A DNA stretch of 30,175 nt from the IMG/VR virus record IMGVR_UViG_3300037782_000107, positions 1 to 30,175 of that record; one strand, 5' to 3'. Under the pieces are notes generated by a model. The model ran no database searches, was not told where the DNA came from, and saw nothing but the letters and a program-made list of their open reading frames with translations. The first letter of the stretch is position 1. Each line of letters begins with the position of its first letter. The position numbers and the translations under genes are program-made. Shown piece by piece: positions 16,956 through 24,148 of the stretch. Source of the stretch: a virus. Lineage: Duplodnaviria; Caudoviricetes.

Positions 16956-18069
16956 CGGCCTCCTCCTTCCCCTCGTCCATCGGCATGATGACGTAGGCGA
17001 CTTCTGGGCGTGCGCTGTCGGTGACGTAGGTCGGCGAAGCCAGGCCCGCGACATCGAGCTTGACGTCGTCGCCCTCGATGACGGCGAGGACCTGGCGCAC
17101 GAATTTGTAGTTGTAGTAGAGGGCGAGCGGCGGGCTCTGCTCCGCGACACAGGGCACCGGGTCGACGAGCTCGCCGGAGACCTGGTCGGTCGAGAAGACC
17201 TCGAGCGTGCCGTCGCTGAGAGTCAGCCGGATTCGGTTCGACTTGCCCGCGAAGATGGCTGCCCGCTTCAGCGAAGCTGTGAGGCAGTCTCGGTTCACGA
17301 GCGCCGATGCGATCGGCTCGTGCCGGAAGATGTGGTCGCAGTCCGGGTAGCGCCCATGGATGAGCTGCACGACGATCCTCGTCTCCCCGGAGATGAAGAG
17401 CATGCGGTCGCCCTCGACACCCACGCCGACCACACCGTCGCCGCAGAGCAGACGCTGGAGCGCGGCCACGCCCTCTCGAGGAATGAGCGCGTCGATGTTC
17501 CCCCAGCTCTCCTCGGGCTGGGGACGCAGGGTCACCTGCGCGAAGCGCACCCGGTCGCTCGCGATCATGCGCAAGCTGCCGTCGAGGAGCTTGTGCAGCC
17601 ACGCGGCGCAGAACACGGCCTGGCTCTCGTCGCGGCCGATGAAGGGCGCCGTCTTCTCGAACATGTCGAGCAGCGTGGCGACGGCGATGCGGTGCGGCGC
17701 GTCGGGGTAGGTAGGCTCCTCCGGGAAGTCGCCCTGCTCGAGCTCGTTGACCTGGGCGTGTACCCGTGACTGGTCGATGACGAGCGCGCGCTTGAGCGAG
17801 TGGCACTCCACCGGCCCGGCCGGGCTCGACTTCACCGTCGAGAACACGCGCTTCAGGTCGACGACGACGCGGCCCGGCTTCTGGACGTCCGCCGCCACCT
17901 CGCGCCGCACCCAGACCACCAGGTCGGTCGCCTGCACGACGATGCGTCCGTCCTTGGTCGCGTCGATCTGGCAGCACGCCAGCACCGGCAGCGTGGCGCT
18001 GCTCTTCGTGACGACGCTCGCCGCGAAGAGGGCCTCGACGAATGCCTCTCGGTCGATCGTGAACTTCAC
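16930..18069 (-). CDS. dnaN: DNA polymerase III beta sliding clamp (phage-encoded)
   Basis: KFTIDRE, TLPVLA, ATDL, DFP, IASDRVRFA, LIPREGV, LIHGRYPD, YNYKFV and YVIMPM motifs. 379 aa from GTG 18069. Confidence 0.92.
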   Translation of the reverse strand: MKFTIDREAFVEALFAASVVTKSSATLPVLACCQIDATKDGRIVVQATDLVVWVRREVAADVQKPGRVVVDLKRVFSTVKSSPAGPVECHSLKRALVIDQSRVHAQVNELEQGDFPEEPTYPDAPHRIAVATLLDMFEKTAPFIGRDESQAVFCAAWLHKLLDGSLRMIASDRVRFAQVTLRPQPEESWGNIDALIPREGVAALQRLLCGDGVVGVGVEGDRMLFISGETRIVVQLIHGRYPDCDHIFRHEPIASALVNRDCLTASLKRAAIFAGKSNRIRLTLSDGTLEVFSTDQVSGELVDPVPCVAEQSPPLALYYNYKFVRQVLAVIEGDDVKLDVAGLASPTYVTDSARPEVAYVIMPMDEGKEEADGPDTESD

Positions 18070-18287
18070 GCCGCCACCTCGCGCTGGTGGCGAACCTGGC
18101 GGGCCTCGACGAGGGCAGCTTGGACGGAGGCGACCAAGTCCTTGCCAGGATAGTTCAGCGCGTCCTTGCCCCACGGCTTCACGGTGCAGAGCGCACCGTC
18201 GCCGTCGAAGGTGACGTGCACGAAGGTGCGGTCGCCGTGGGCCTTCTGGATGTAGTGGATGACGTACTCGAGTAGGTCGGTGGTCAT
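18066..18287 (-). CDS. Hypothetical protein (73 aa), first gene after attP
   Basis: GGAGGG RBS. The stop is coupled to the dnaN GTG. Confidence 0.7.
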   Translation of the reverse strand: MTTDLLEYVIHYIQKAHGDRTFVHVTFDGDGALCTVKPWGKDALNYPGKDLVASVQAALVEARQVRHQREVAA

Positions 18288-18317
18288 GACGGACCCCTCC
18301 TGTGAGCGCACCTATCC

Positions 18318-18567
18318 TGTGCCGCTATTGTGCCGCACCGAGGTTCGGTGCTATGCGCGACATGAGTCTAAGTGCGCGAAATGATGCTAGATGAGTGAAA
18401 CTCTACGGCCGCGCGCAAGCAACTACACGAAATCATAGAGGTTTCAGGTGGATAAGTTCATCTACTCGATGAACTACAAATGGTGCCGAAGCCCGCTCTA
18501 GAGCGGCTTCTCGATGCGTTCGAAATCTGCTTGTGCCGTAGATGTGCCGTGGATGTAGCGTGTGCCT
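18318..18567. other. Putative attP
   Basis: TGTGCCG arm-type repeats at 18318, 18329, 18532 and 18543 flank an AT-richer core. The core holds the inverted repeat AGTTCATC-N5-GATGAACT (18455-18475) and a tRNA 3'-end-like CTTCGGCACCA on the minus strand (18491-18481). Adjacent to the int stop. Confidence 0.75.
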
Positions 18568-19637
18568 TCGAGCGACTCGATGGCCTTCACCATCGCCGCG
18601 CCGTCGGGCGCCAGGTGTGCGTAGCGCTGGAGGACAGCCATGCTGGACCAGCCGCCGAGACGCTGGACGACGTTCAGCGGGACGCCGTTCGCCACGAGCT
18701 GCGATGCGAAGGTGTGTCGGGTCTTGTGCCAGTAGAAGCGCGCGGCGAGGTCGCCGTCGATCGCGCTGGCCGCGTTGCGCGTCTCCTGGTGCGAGAACTC
18801 GCCGCGCTCGCCATTGCCGCGGAAGACGTGCGGGTTGTGCAGCGCGCGCGGAAGCTCGGCGAGCGCGCGCGTGAGCTCCGGGCCGAGAGGGACGAGCCGG
18901 TTGCGCTGCCCCTTCGGGAAGTCCTGCCAGACCTCGCGCGTCGGGCGCGCCGTGTGGACGACCTGGCGTCGGATGTGAAGTCGCCCGCGCTCGAGGTCGA
19001 TGTCGTCCCACTGCACCGCGCGCAGTTCGCCCTTGCGGACGCCGGTCCTGAGCGCGAAGAGCACGTGGAGCCGAACGCCGTGCCGGTCCGCGATGCGGAG
19101 GAGCTCCGGCACCTGGTCGGCCGTGAACCACTCCTCGCGCGTCGCCCCGGGCGTGCTCAACTTCTTGAACTTCGGCGCCGCCGGGATGAGTTCCCACTCG
19201 AATGCGATGCGCAGCATGTGCTGGATGAGGCTGAGCACGTGGTTGTAGGTCGATGCGGCGAGTCCCTTCTCACCCATCGTGATCGCGAGCTCGTTCGCGT
19301 GCATCGTCGTGAATTCGTGCAGGTGCAGCAGGCCGAACTGAGGCTCGATGTGGTTGTCCCAGTAGCTGCGCTTCGCGGTGAGAGAAGCCGGTCGATTCAT
19401 CGTCTCGGCGACCGCGATGTACTTCGGCCACCACTCTCTGAACGTCATGTGCTTCGTCTGCGCCTCGACGCGACGCTGATACTCACCACTCGCCAACTCA
19501 CTGAGAATGCGAGCCTCGAAGGCCTTCGCGTCCTTCTGCGTGCGGAACGATGACTTCCGGAGCCGACCGTTCTTGTCGATGAGTCCATCGTGGACGATAT
19601 CTACCGCCCACTTCTTGCCACGTTTGCGCACACTCAT
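18498..19637 (-). CDS. int: Tyrosine integrase
   Basis: TGVRKGE, HKTRHTFAS, LGGWSS and QRYAH catalytic motifs, with an N-terminal arm-binding domain. ATG 19637 is coupled to the xis stop. Confidence 0.95.
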   Translation of the reverse strand: MSVRKRGKKWAVDIVHDGLIDKNGRLRKSSFRTQKDAKAFEARILSELASGEYQRRVEAQTKHMTFREWWPKYIAVAETMNRPASLTAKRSYWDNHIEPQFGLLHLHEFTTMHANELAITMGEKGLAASTYNHVLSLIQHMLRIAFEWELIPAAPKFKKLSTPGATREEWFTADQVPELLRIADRHGVRLHVLFALRTGVRKGELRAVQWDDIDLERGRLHIRRQVVHTARPTREVWQDFPKGQRNRLVPLGPELTRALAELPRALHNPHVFRGNGERGEFSHQETRNAASAIDGDLAARFYWHKTRHTFASQLVANGVPLNVVQRLGGWSSMAVLQRYAHLAPDGAAMVKAIESLEGTRYIHGTSTAQADFERIEKPL

Positions 19638-19825
19638 GACTCCTCCAGCGCGCGCAACTCCTGACGCTCGACCCACTCCTCGACACTCTTCCGGCGGAAG
19701 CGCATCACACGCGACCCACCGGTGAATTTCGGCAGAGGATCGACGCGCCGGCGCGTCCAGGCCCGAACGGTGTTCTCCGAGACGTTGAGAAGCTCGGCGA
19801 CCTCCTTTGTCTTCATGATGTCCAT
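19634..19825 (-). CDS. xis: Excisionase (HTH_17)
   Basis: MKTKEVAELLNVSENTVRAW...MRFRRKSVEEWV, directly upstream of int. Confidence 0.85.
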   Translation of the reverse strand: MDIMKTKEVAELLNVSENTVRAWTRRRVDPLPKFTGGSRVMRFRRKSVEEWVERQELRALEES

Positions 19826-19853
19826 GCGCGCCACCGTGTCGGATGATGAGTTC

Positions 19854-19890
19854 ACCCTACGTGCGCGCCCTGTCGTCGGCAATGGTTTTT
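19854..19890 (-). promoter_or_regulatory. Putative sigma70-type promoter for xis-int
   Basis: TTGCCG (19882-19877), 17 nt, TAGGGT (19859-19854), with an A-tract upstream. Confidence 0.5.
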
Positions 19891-19914
19891 TCGTGTCCAT
19901 AATCGTGACTTTCG

Positions 19915-19947
19915 CTCACCTCGCGCACAGGGACTCACCTCGCGCAC
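19915..19947. repeat. 14-bp direct repeat CTCACCTCGCGCAC x2 (19915-19928, 19934-19947)
   Basis: Exact repeat with a 19-bp period, upstream of the xis promoter. Degenerate copies lie nearby. Confidence 0.8.
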
Positions 19948-20009
19948 TGAGACTCATTTCGTTACGTTTCGTGTATTCTCGCGCAGGTTAATAAGTGGGC
20001 ACTCCGGAA

Positions 20010-20705
20010 TCAGTGCTCGCGCCGCCAGATCCGCACCTTCCGGCTGCCGCCTTCTCGCACCCGATGCGCGACGAAGCCGAGCTCACGCAGCGCAGTCGCC
20101 GCGCGACGAGCGTGGCTCGCGTTCGGGTTCGTGACGCCCCAGGCCAGGCGCGCGAACTCGGCGGAGGTCGTCTCGGTGACGCCCGCCATGAGCCGCGCGT
20201 ACCGGTCGCGCTCGCTCGAGTCGACGTCCGGCAGCATGCCCGCGCGCCGGAACGCCTCGCGAGCCATCGCGCCCGCCTCGGCCTTCGTCATCGCGCCGAC
20301 CTTGATGGCCTTCGCCGCGCGCTTCAGGGCCAGGTCGACGTCGAGCTCGGCGACCGACTTCCGCTCGTTCCAATACGCGTCGAGCACCTCGGCGCAGCGG
20401 CACTGGAAGAGCTCGAGCACCTCGCGAGCCCGCTCGTCCTTGATGCGGCTCGCGTCGATCGTCGCCAGCCACATCGGAACCTGCTGGCGAGGCAGCGCGA
20501 CCTGGTCCTGAGGCCCTCCCGCCGAAGGTGCCTGTATCATACAGGTGCCTGCCCAGACTTGTCGCGAGAGGCGCTGGCGCTGGCCCTCCCAGTCGATTCC
20601 GATCGACACGCAGATCGGCTTGATCGGAACCAGCTCCTCGTCGGGTAGAACCTGAATCTGGAAGCCGCTGAAGTCGATGGTCTCGATGCACTGAACTGCT
20701 GACAT
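20010..20705 (-). CDS. ant: Phage antirepressor (P22_AR_N domain)
   Basis: VPIKPICVSIGIDWEGQRQRL...VALPRQQVPMWLATIDASRIK...FQCRCAEVLDAYW. Confidence 0.88.
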   Translation of the reverse strand: MSAVQCIETIDFSGFQIQVLPDEELVPIKPICVSIGIDWEGQRQRLSRQVWAGTCMIQAPSAGGPQDQVALPRQQVPMWLATIDASRIKDERAREVLELFQCRCAEVLDAYWNERKSVAELDVDLALKRAAKAIKVGAMTKAEAGAMAREAFRRAGMLPDVDSSERDRYARLMAGVTETTSAEFARLAWGVTNPNASHARRAATALRELGFVAHRVREGGSRKVRIWRREH

Positions 20706-20728
20706 GATCTCGCTCCGTGGTAAGGGTG

Positions 20729-20839
20729 TTGACGTTCGCTGGCGACGCAGCCAATATGAAGTTGGCGGCGGGACTAACCTTCAAGTTGTCGCCACGGCTA
20801 ACGTCCTAACGTATAGGTTAGTCCCTCTGCTAATGTCAA
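20729..20839. promoter_or_regulatory. Immunity control region with face-to-face promoters and operator-like repeats
   Basis: Plus strand: TTGACG(20729)-17-CAATAT. Minus strand: TTGACA(20839)-18-TATACG. 11-bp inverted repeat GGGACTAACCT (20770-20780, 20815-20825) and further CTAACGT/CTAATGT copies. Confidence 0.6.
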
Positions 20840-20869
20840 AGGAACATTTTGCAGGTGAAGGCTACAGCT

Positions 20870-21187
20870 ATGGCTCTCGCACGAATCGAAGCTTACAGCG
20901 GGAAGATCGAAGACGAGCGGAAGCGTCGCGCCGCGGACACGATCCAGAAGATCCTCGACGAACACCGCATGAAGGCGACCGAGCTCGCCGAGACGCTCGG
21001 GGTGCACGCCCAGCCCGGGCGACCCAGCCAGGTCACGCGGTGGCTTCGCGGACACGACCTCGTCGGCTCGGACTACCAAGCGCTACTCGACATGATTGCT
21101 GATGGCCGCCTGGCGCTGAAGCACACGGGCAAGAGGGGCCGCCGCAACTTGTTCGAGCTGGCTTGCCCGGAAGAGCTCGCCGCCTAG
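20870..21187 (+). CDS. XRE-family HTH protein, probable repressor
   Basis: ILDEHRMKATELAETLGV...SQVTRWLRG. Divergent from ant-xis-int. No S24 peptidase domain. Confidence 0.7.
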   Translation: MALARIEAYSGKIEDERKRRAADTIQKILDEHRMKATELAETLGVHAQPGRPSQVTRWLRGHDLVGSDYQALLDMIADGRLALKHTGKRGRRNLFELACPEELAA

Positions 21188-21432
21188 TGCCGCTTCCGCG
21201 CCGCCCGGGTCTTCCGGAATCGCGTGCGCTCGCTGTGCCACGTGTAGACCGCGACGACGAGGCCAGCGAGCGCGAGCTCCTGGATGGCGACGCACACGCG
21301 CGCGAGCGTCCACCCGAGACGCTCGCCGATGTCTTCGACGCGCTCGTTCGGCACCATCGTGCAGTAGATGGCGTAAGCGTCGAGGCTGATGGGCCGCTTG
21401 TGAACGGGCGTCAGGTGGAACTCGTACTGCAT
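21184..21432 (-). CDS. Small winged-HTH protein (82 aa)
   Basis: VEDIGERLGWTLARVCVAIQELALAGLV. GAGGAG RBS. The stop overlaps the repressor stop. Confidence 0.7.
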   Translation of the reverse strand: MQYEFHLTPVHKRPISLDAYAIYCTMVPNERVEDIGERLGWTLARVCVAIQELALAGLVVAVYTWHSERTRFRKTRAARKRH

Positions 21433-21491
21433 GCTGCGTCTCCTCTGTACGCGATGCGTCCTCGGCGGACGCGATTCGGTGAGGTACAGAC

Positions 21492-21520
21492 TGGACAAGC
21501 GAGCAGCAGGGAGCTACGCT
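21492..21520 (+). promoter_or_regulatory. Putative promoter for a small antisense RNA
   Basis: TGGACA, 17 nt, TACGCT. Confidence 0.55.
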
Positions 21521-21526
21521 CCCCTC

Positions 21527-21599
21527 AACTCGTGGTGCTGCTTTGTCCAGCCCACACCAGAAGCCCTCGGCGCTCCAACGCCGGGGGCTTCGTCGTTTT
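21527..21599 (+). ncRNA. Putative ~70-nt antisense RNA to the leader of the 21432 gene
   Basis: Bounded by a promoter consensus and an intrinsic terminator. Contains one arm of an inverted repeat in the leader. Confidence 0.5.
21560..21599 (+). terminator. Intrinsic terminator
   Basis: 13-bp stem GAAGCCCTCGGCG/CGCCGGGGGCTTC with loop CTCCAA, followed by GTCGTTTT. Confidence 0.75.
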
Positions 21600-21703
21600 C
21601 GGCATGTCTGCCGTGCGGTGGAACCGAACGTAACAGCTCAAACACCACTGAGCAAATGTATAGTGGTCTTTTCTTGGTACGACGATTGAAAAAGGACCGA
21701 GCC

Positions 21704-22129
21704 ATGAACCGAATCGCCCCAGCTCTACTCGCCGCAACCCTGCTCTTCGCCTGCGCGGAAGACGATCCGGCGCCGCCAGATCTCGGCACGTTTGCTGTCG
21801 AGGGCGACTGTCCGGCGTTCGCTACTGCCGACCCGTACGACGCGATCGAATCTGGTCAGGCATGGAGCGAGGTCACGGGCGTCGCGTCGACCGTGCAGGC
21901 TGCTGCGTGGCGGATCGCCAACGGCGGCGCACCGCTCACCGAATGGGACGGCACGATCGACATCGGCCCCGACGCCGGCCTGATCGACAAGTCGATGCTC
22001 CCTCTCGTAACCGCGCCCGCTGTCGTCCCGCCCGAGGGCGGCTGCATCGGCCTCCGCTTCCAGGTCAACAACCCCGACGGCTCCACCTCGCTCGGCGAGA
22101 TGATCGTCGTCGACAACCCGGACACGTAG
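21704..22129 (+). CDS. Lipoprotein (141 aa)
   Basis: Signal peptide MNRIAPALLAATLLFA-C with lipobox. AAGGA RBS and an AT-rich upstream region containing TATAGT. Confidence 0.8.
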   Translation: MNRIAPALLAATLLFACAEDDPAPPDLGTFAVEGDCPAFATADPYDAIESGQAWSEVTGVASTVQAAAWRIANGGAPLTEWDGTIDIGPDAGLIDKSMLPLVTAPAVVPPEGGCIGLRFQVNNPDGSTSLGEMIVVDNPDT

Positions 22130-22132
22130 CGG

Positions 22133-22429
22133 ATGAACGACGACAAGCTGTGGAAGATCGTGATGCTCGCCGGCGGCGGATTCTTCGTGATCTTCGTGAT
22201 CGTGGTCACCGCGCTCGGCAGCGGCAGCGGCGACGCGTACGAACCGACAACGAGGCACACGAAGCCGACGCCGAGAACCACAGCGCCGGCACCACAGCCC
22301 GCCTATCGAGCGCCGGTGCGGAAAGCAGCACCGACACCGACACCGGCGGTCAAGCGAAAGCCGAAGTGCAAGAAGGGGAAGCCGTGCGGCAACAGCTGCA
22401 TCGCTCGAGACAAGGTCTGCCACAAGTAG
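22133..22429 (+). CDS. Membrane-anchored protein with Pro/Thr linker and C-terminal CKKGKPCGNSCIARDKVCHK motif
   Basis: One hydrophobic TM segment and a four-Cys motif. Starts 3 nt after the lipoprotein stop. Confidence 0.8.
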   Translation: MNDDKLWKIVMLAGGGFFVIFVIVVTALGSGSGDAYEPTTRHTKPTPRTTAPAPQPAYRAPVRKAAPTPTPAVKRKPKCKKGKPCGNSCIARDKVCHK

Positions 22430-22430
22430 G

Positions 22431-22646
22431 TCAGCCGCCCCACAGCTCCTCGAGCCCCTTCATGTGCAGCTCGCACCCGAGGCGCTCGGCGCCGAGCTCG
22501 GCCACCGCGACGATGACGTCCATGGCGTCGACGAGGCACACGTCGGGCTCGCGTGCGGCCTCGGCCTGGTCGAGCTGCTCGATGGCGCGCGCGAGGTTGG
22601 CGTAGGCGTGGCGGGCGGATGCGATGGCTTCGGCTGCGTGCGACAT
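22431..22646 (-). CDS. Small helical hypothetical protein (71 aa)
   Basis: GGAGGT RBS and GC-rich third positions. Confidence 0.65.
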   Translation of the reverse strand: MSHAAEAIASARHAYANLARAIEQLDQAEAAREPDVCLVDAMDVIVAVAELGAERLGCELHMKGLEELWGG

Positions 22647-22715
22647 GACGACCTCCGTTGTGGGTGACGGAGGGTTATCGGCAGGTCGGGCGCCCGCGTT
22701 TAGCGAAATCGACCC

Positions 22716-22834
22716 GGACAGTACTTGTCCGACACCAGTGCGTAGGCTCGACGGTCCGACGCCACGAAGTCGGACAAAGCCTGTCCAACTCGATCACGGT
22801 CGCTTGACGCGGGGAGGTGATGCCCCTCTATCGT
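22716..22834. promoter_or_regulatory. Two GGACA-N5-TGTCC palindromes (22716-22730, 22772-22786) and a possible plus-strand promoter TTGACG-19-TATCGT
   Basis: Seen directly in the divergent intergenic region upstream of the accessory cassette. Confidence 0.5.
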
Positions 22835-22869
22835 CTCAAGTTCGGACAGACGACTGCACGGAGGGGAGG

Positions 22870-23781
22870 ATGGGTATCGACGACCACGCGAGGTACTTGC
22901 TCGCGAATCGAGGCGAACCACATCTAGGGCCGGACCCGATCGACAAGCTCGCCGAACTTGATTCGGAAGAGGCCGGCCGGCTCAGGGTCGAGTACGATTC
23001 AGCGACGCGGCGCACTGTGCTGTTTGAGCTGCCAACGCTCGGTGCCGTGCCCCCGGCGTTCTCCGTTTCTCTGGAGGACAACCAATCCGGCGTTCTCGCA
23101 GCAGCGATAAGGCCGGGCGTCGTGCTTCTCGATGTACAGATCACAAGGAAGATCAACGGATCGTGGAACGGCGAGCGGACCACGATCTACCAGCCGACCA
23201 CGAAGTCGTGTCTCGTCCTTCAGGACTCGCCCACAGTCCTCATCGTCAACGCCTCTGCTAGAGAGGCCCGCAGAGTCGCAAGCGAATGCGCGCGATGGCT
23301 GTATCGAAAACAACCGAAGGATAACATTCGTGTTTTCCACGGTAGCGAGCTGATCCGGCCGGTCGCCATTCGGGATCGACACGTTCAAGCCGTCGTCGAA
23401 AAACTGAGCGCGAGATGGATCGATGTCGATGGGCCCAGCGCCGACGAGAGATATGGCCATCAACGGTTCCGAGCACGTCTCAACGCCACAACGCGGCGAC
23501 ACGAAGGCCTGAAACTTGAAGACGATCCAGCAAAGCGACAGCTTGAGGCCGGCGCGAATGATCGGCTGGCTGTATCGTTCGAACTTGTGCATGCAGACGG
23601 ATACGCCGAGCATGTCGAAGAGGTGCTCTTCCACCTCAGCGACACCAACGCATGCTTTGAACTGTTCGGCTCTGCGAGTCGAACCGCCCGAGACGTGGTC
23701 TTGGGCACCATCAGGGAGGTGTGCCTTGGAGCTTCAACTGGTCGAGAGACTTCGCGTACTTCTCCACTGCCATTTCGCTGA
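22870..23781 (+). CDS. Accessory cassette gene A, unknown alpha/beta protein (303 aa)
   Basis: Strong GGAGGGGAGG RBS before ATG 22870. More A/T-ending codons than the core genes. Confidence 0.8.
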   Translation: MGIDDHARYLLANRGEPHLGPDPIDKLAELDSEEAGRLRVEYDSATRRTVLFELPTLGAVPPAFSVSLEDNQSGVLAAAIRPGVVLLDVQITRKINGSWNGERTTIYQPTTKSCLVLQDSPTVLIVNASAREARRVASECARWLYRKQPKDNIRVFHGSELIRPVAIRDRHVQAVVEKLSARWIDVDGPSADERYGHQRFRARLNATTRRHEGLKLEDDPAKRQLEAGANDRLAVSFELVHADGYAEHVEEVLFHLSDTNACFELFGSASRTARDVVLGTIREVCLGASTGRETSRTSPLPFR

Positions 23782-24136
23782 GTTCGCCTCGGCGGTGCTG
23801 TACTACTCTGGATGGGCGAGCGCGAAACTCGAGGTCGATGAGCGAACCGTGATCGATGCGGCGCGTCCACTCGAAGGCGCGGGGCTAATCGTCTTGGGCC
23901 TCGAAGCACAGTGCGACGCATGCCGGCAGGTGGCCTGGTTCGGTGGTGCCGATCAGTTCCCGCAGGACACCACCGGCCTAACCTGTCGTCGTTGCTCCGA
24001 GCCGTTCGAGTTGGACGGCTGGGAGTTCCGAGCGAGCTTCTCGATCACCCCAGAATGGCGAGCCGCGGTCGAGCAGATTCGAGAAGCGGGAAACCGCCGG
24101 AGGGGGCTGAGCGCCGATGTCCCCCTGATTCACTGA
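23726..24136 (+). CDS. Accessory cassette gene B, wHTH-like plus Zn-ribbon protein (136 aa)
   Basis: TTG 23726 follows AGGGAGG. WASAKLEVDERTVIDAARPLEGAGLI helix-turn-helix/wing, and CDAC...CRRC. Confidence 0.78.
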   Translation: MELQLVERLRVLLHCHFAEFASAVLYYSGWASAKLEVDERTVIDAARPLEGAGLIVLGLEAQCDACRQVAWFGGADQFPQDTTGLTCRRCSEPFELDGWEFRASFSITPEWRAAVEQIREAGNRRRGLSADVPLIH

Positions 24137-24148
24137 GTCTCCCGGCGC
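24088..24148 (+). promoter_or_regulatory. Predicted -1 programmed ribosomal frameshift signal
   Basis: G_GGA_AAC in frame with gene B, a 6-nt spacer, stem 1 AGGGGG/CCCCCT and stem 2 GCGCCG/CGGCGC. The -1 frame is open to 24591. Confidence 0.75.

Noticed and set aside
1573-17769. Many long plus-strand and alternate-frame ORFs (e.g. 1573-3501, 7048-8223, 9697-11139, 14611-15723)
   Set aside because: Shadow ORFs of high-GC coding sequence. They lie antisense to or overlap motif-bearing genes and lack recognisable motifs.
18630-18660. Trp replacing the second catalytic His in the integrase (LGGW)
   Set aside because: His/Trp is an established variation at this position in active tyrosine recombinases.
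22999-23634. 211-aa minus-strand ORF inside cassette gene A
   Set aside because: Antisense to a gene with a strong RBS and operon context, and no motif was recognised.
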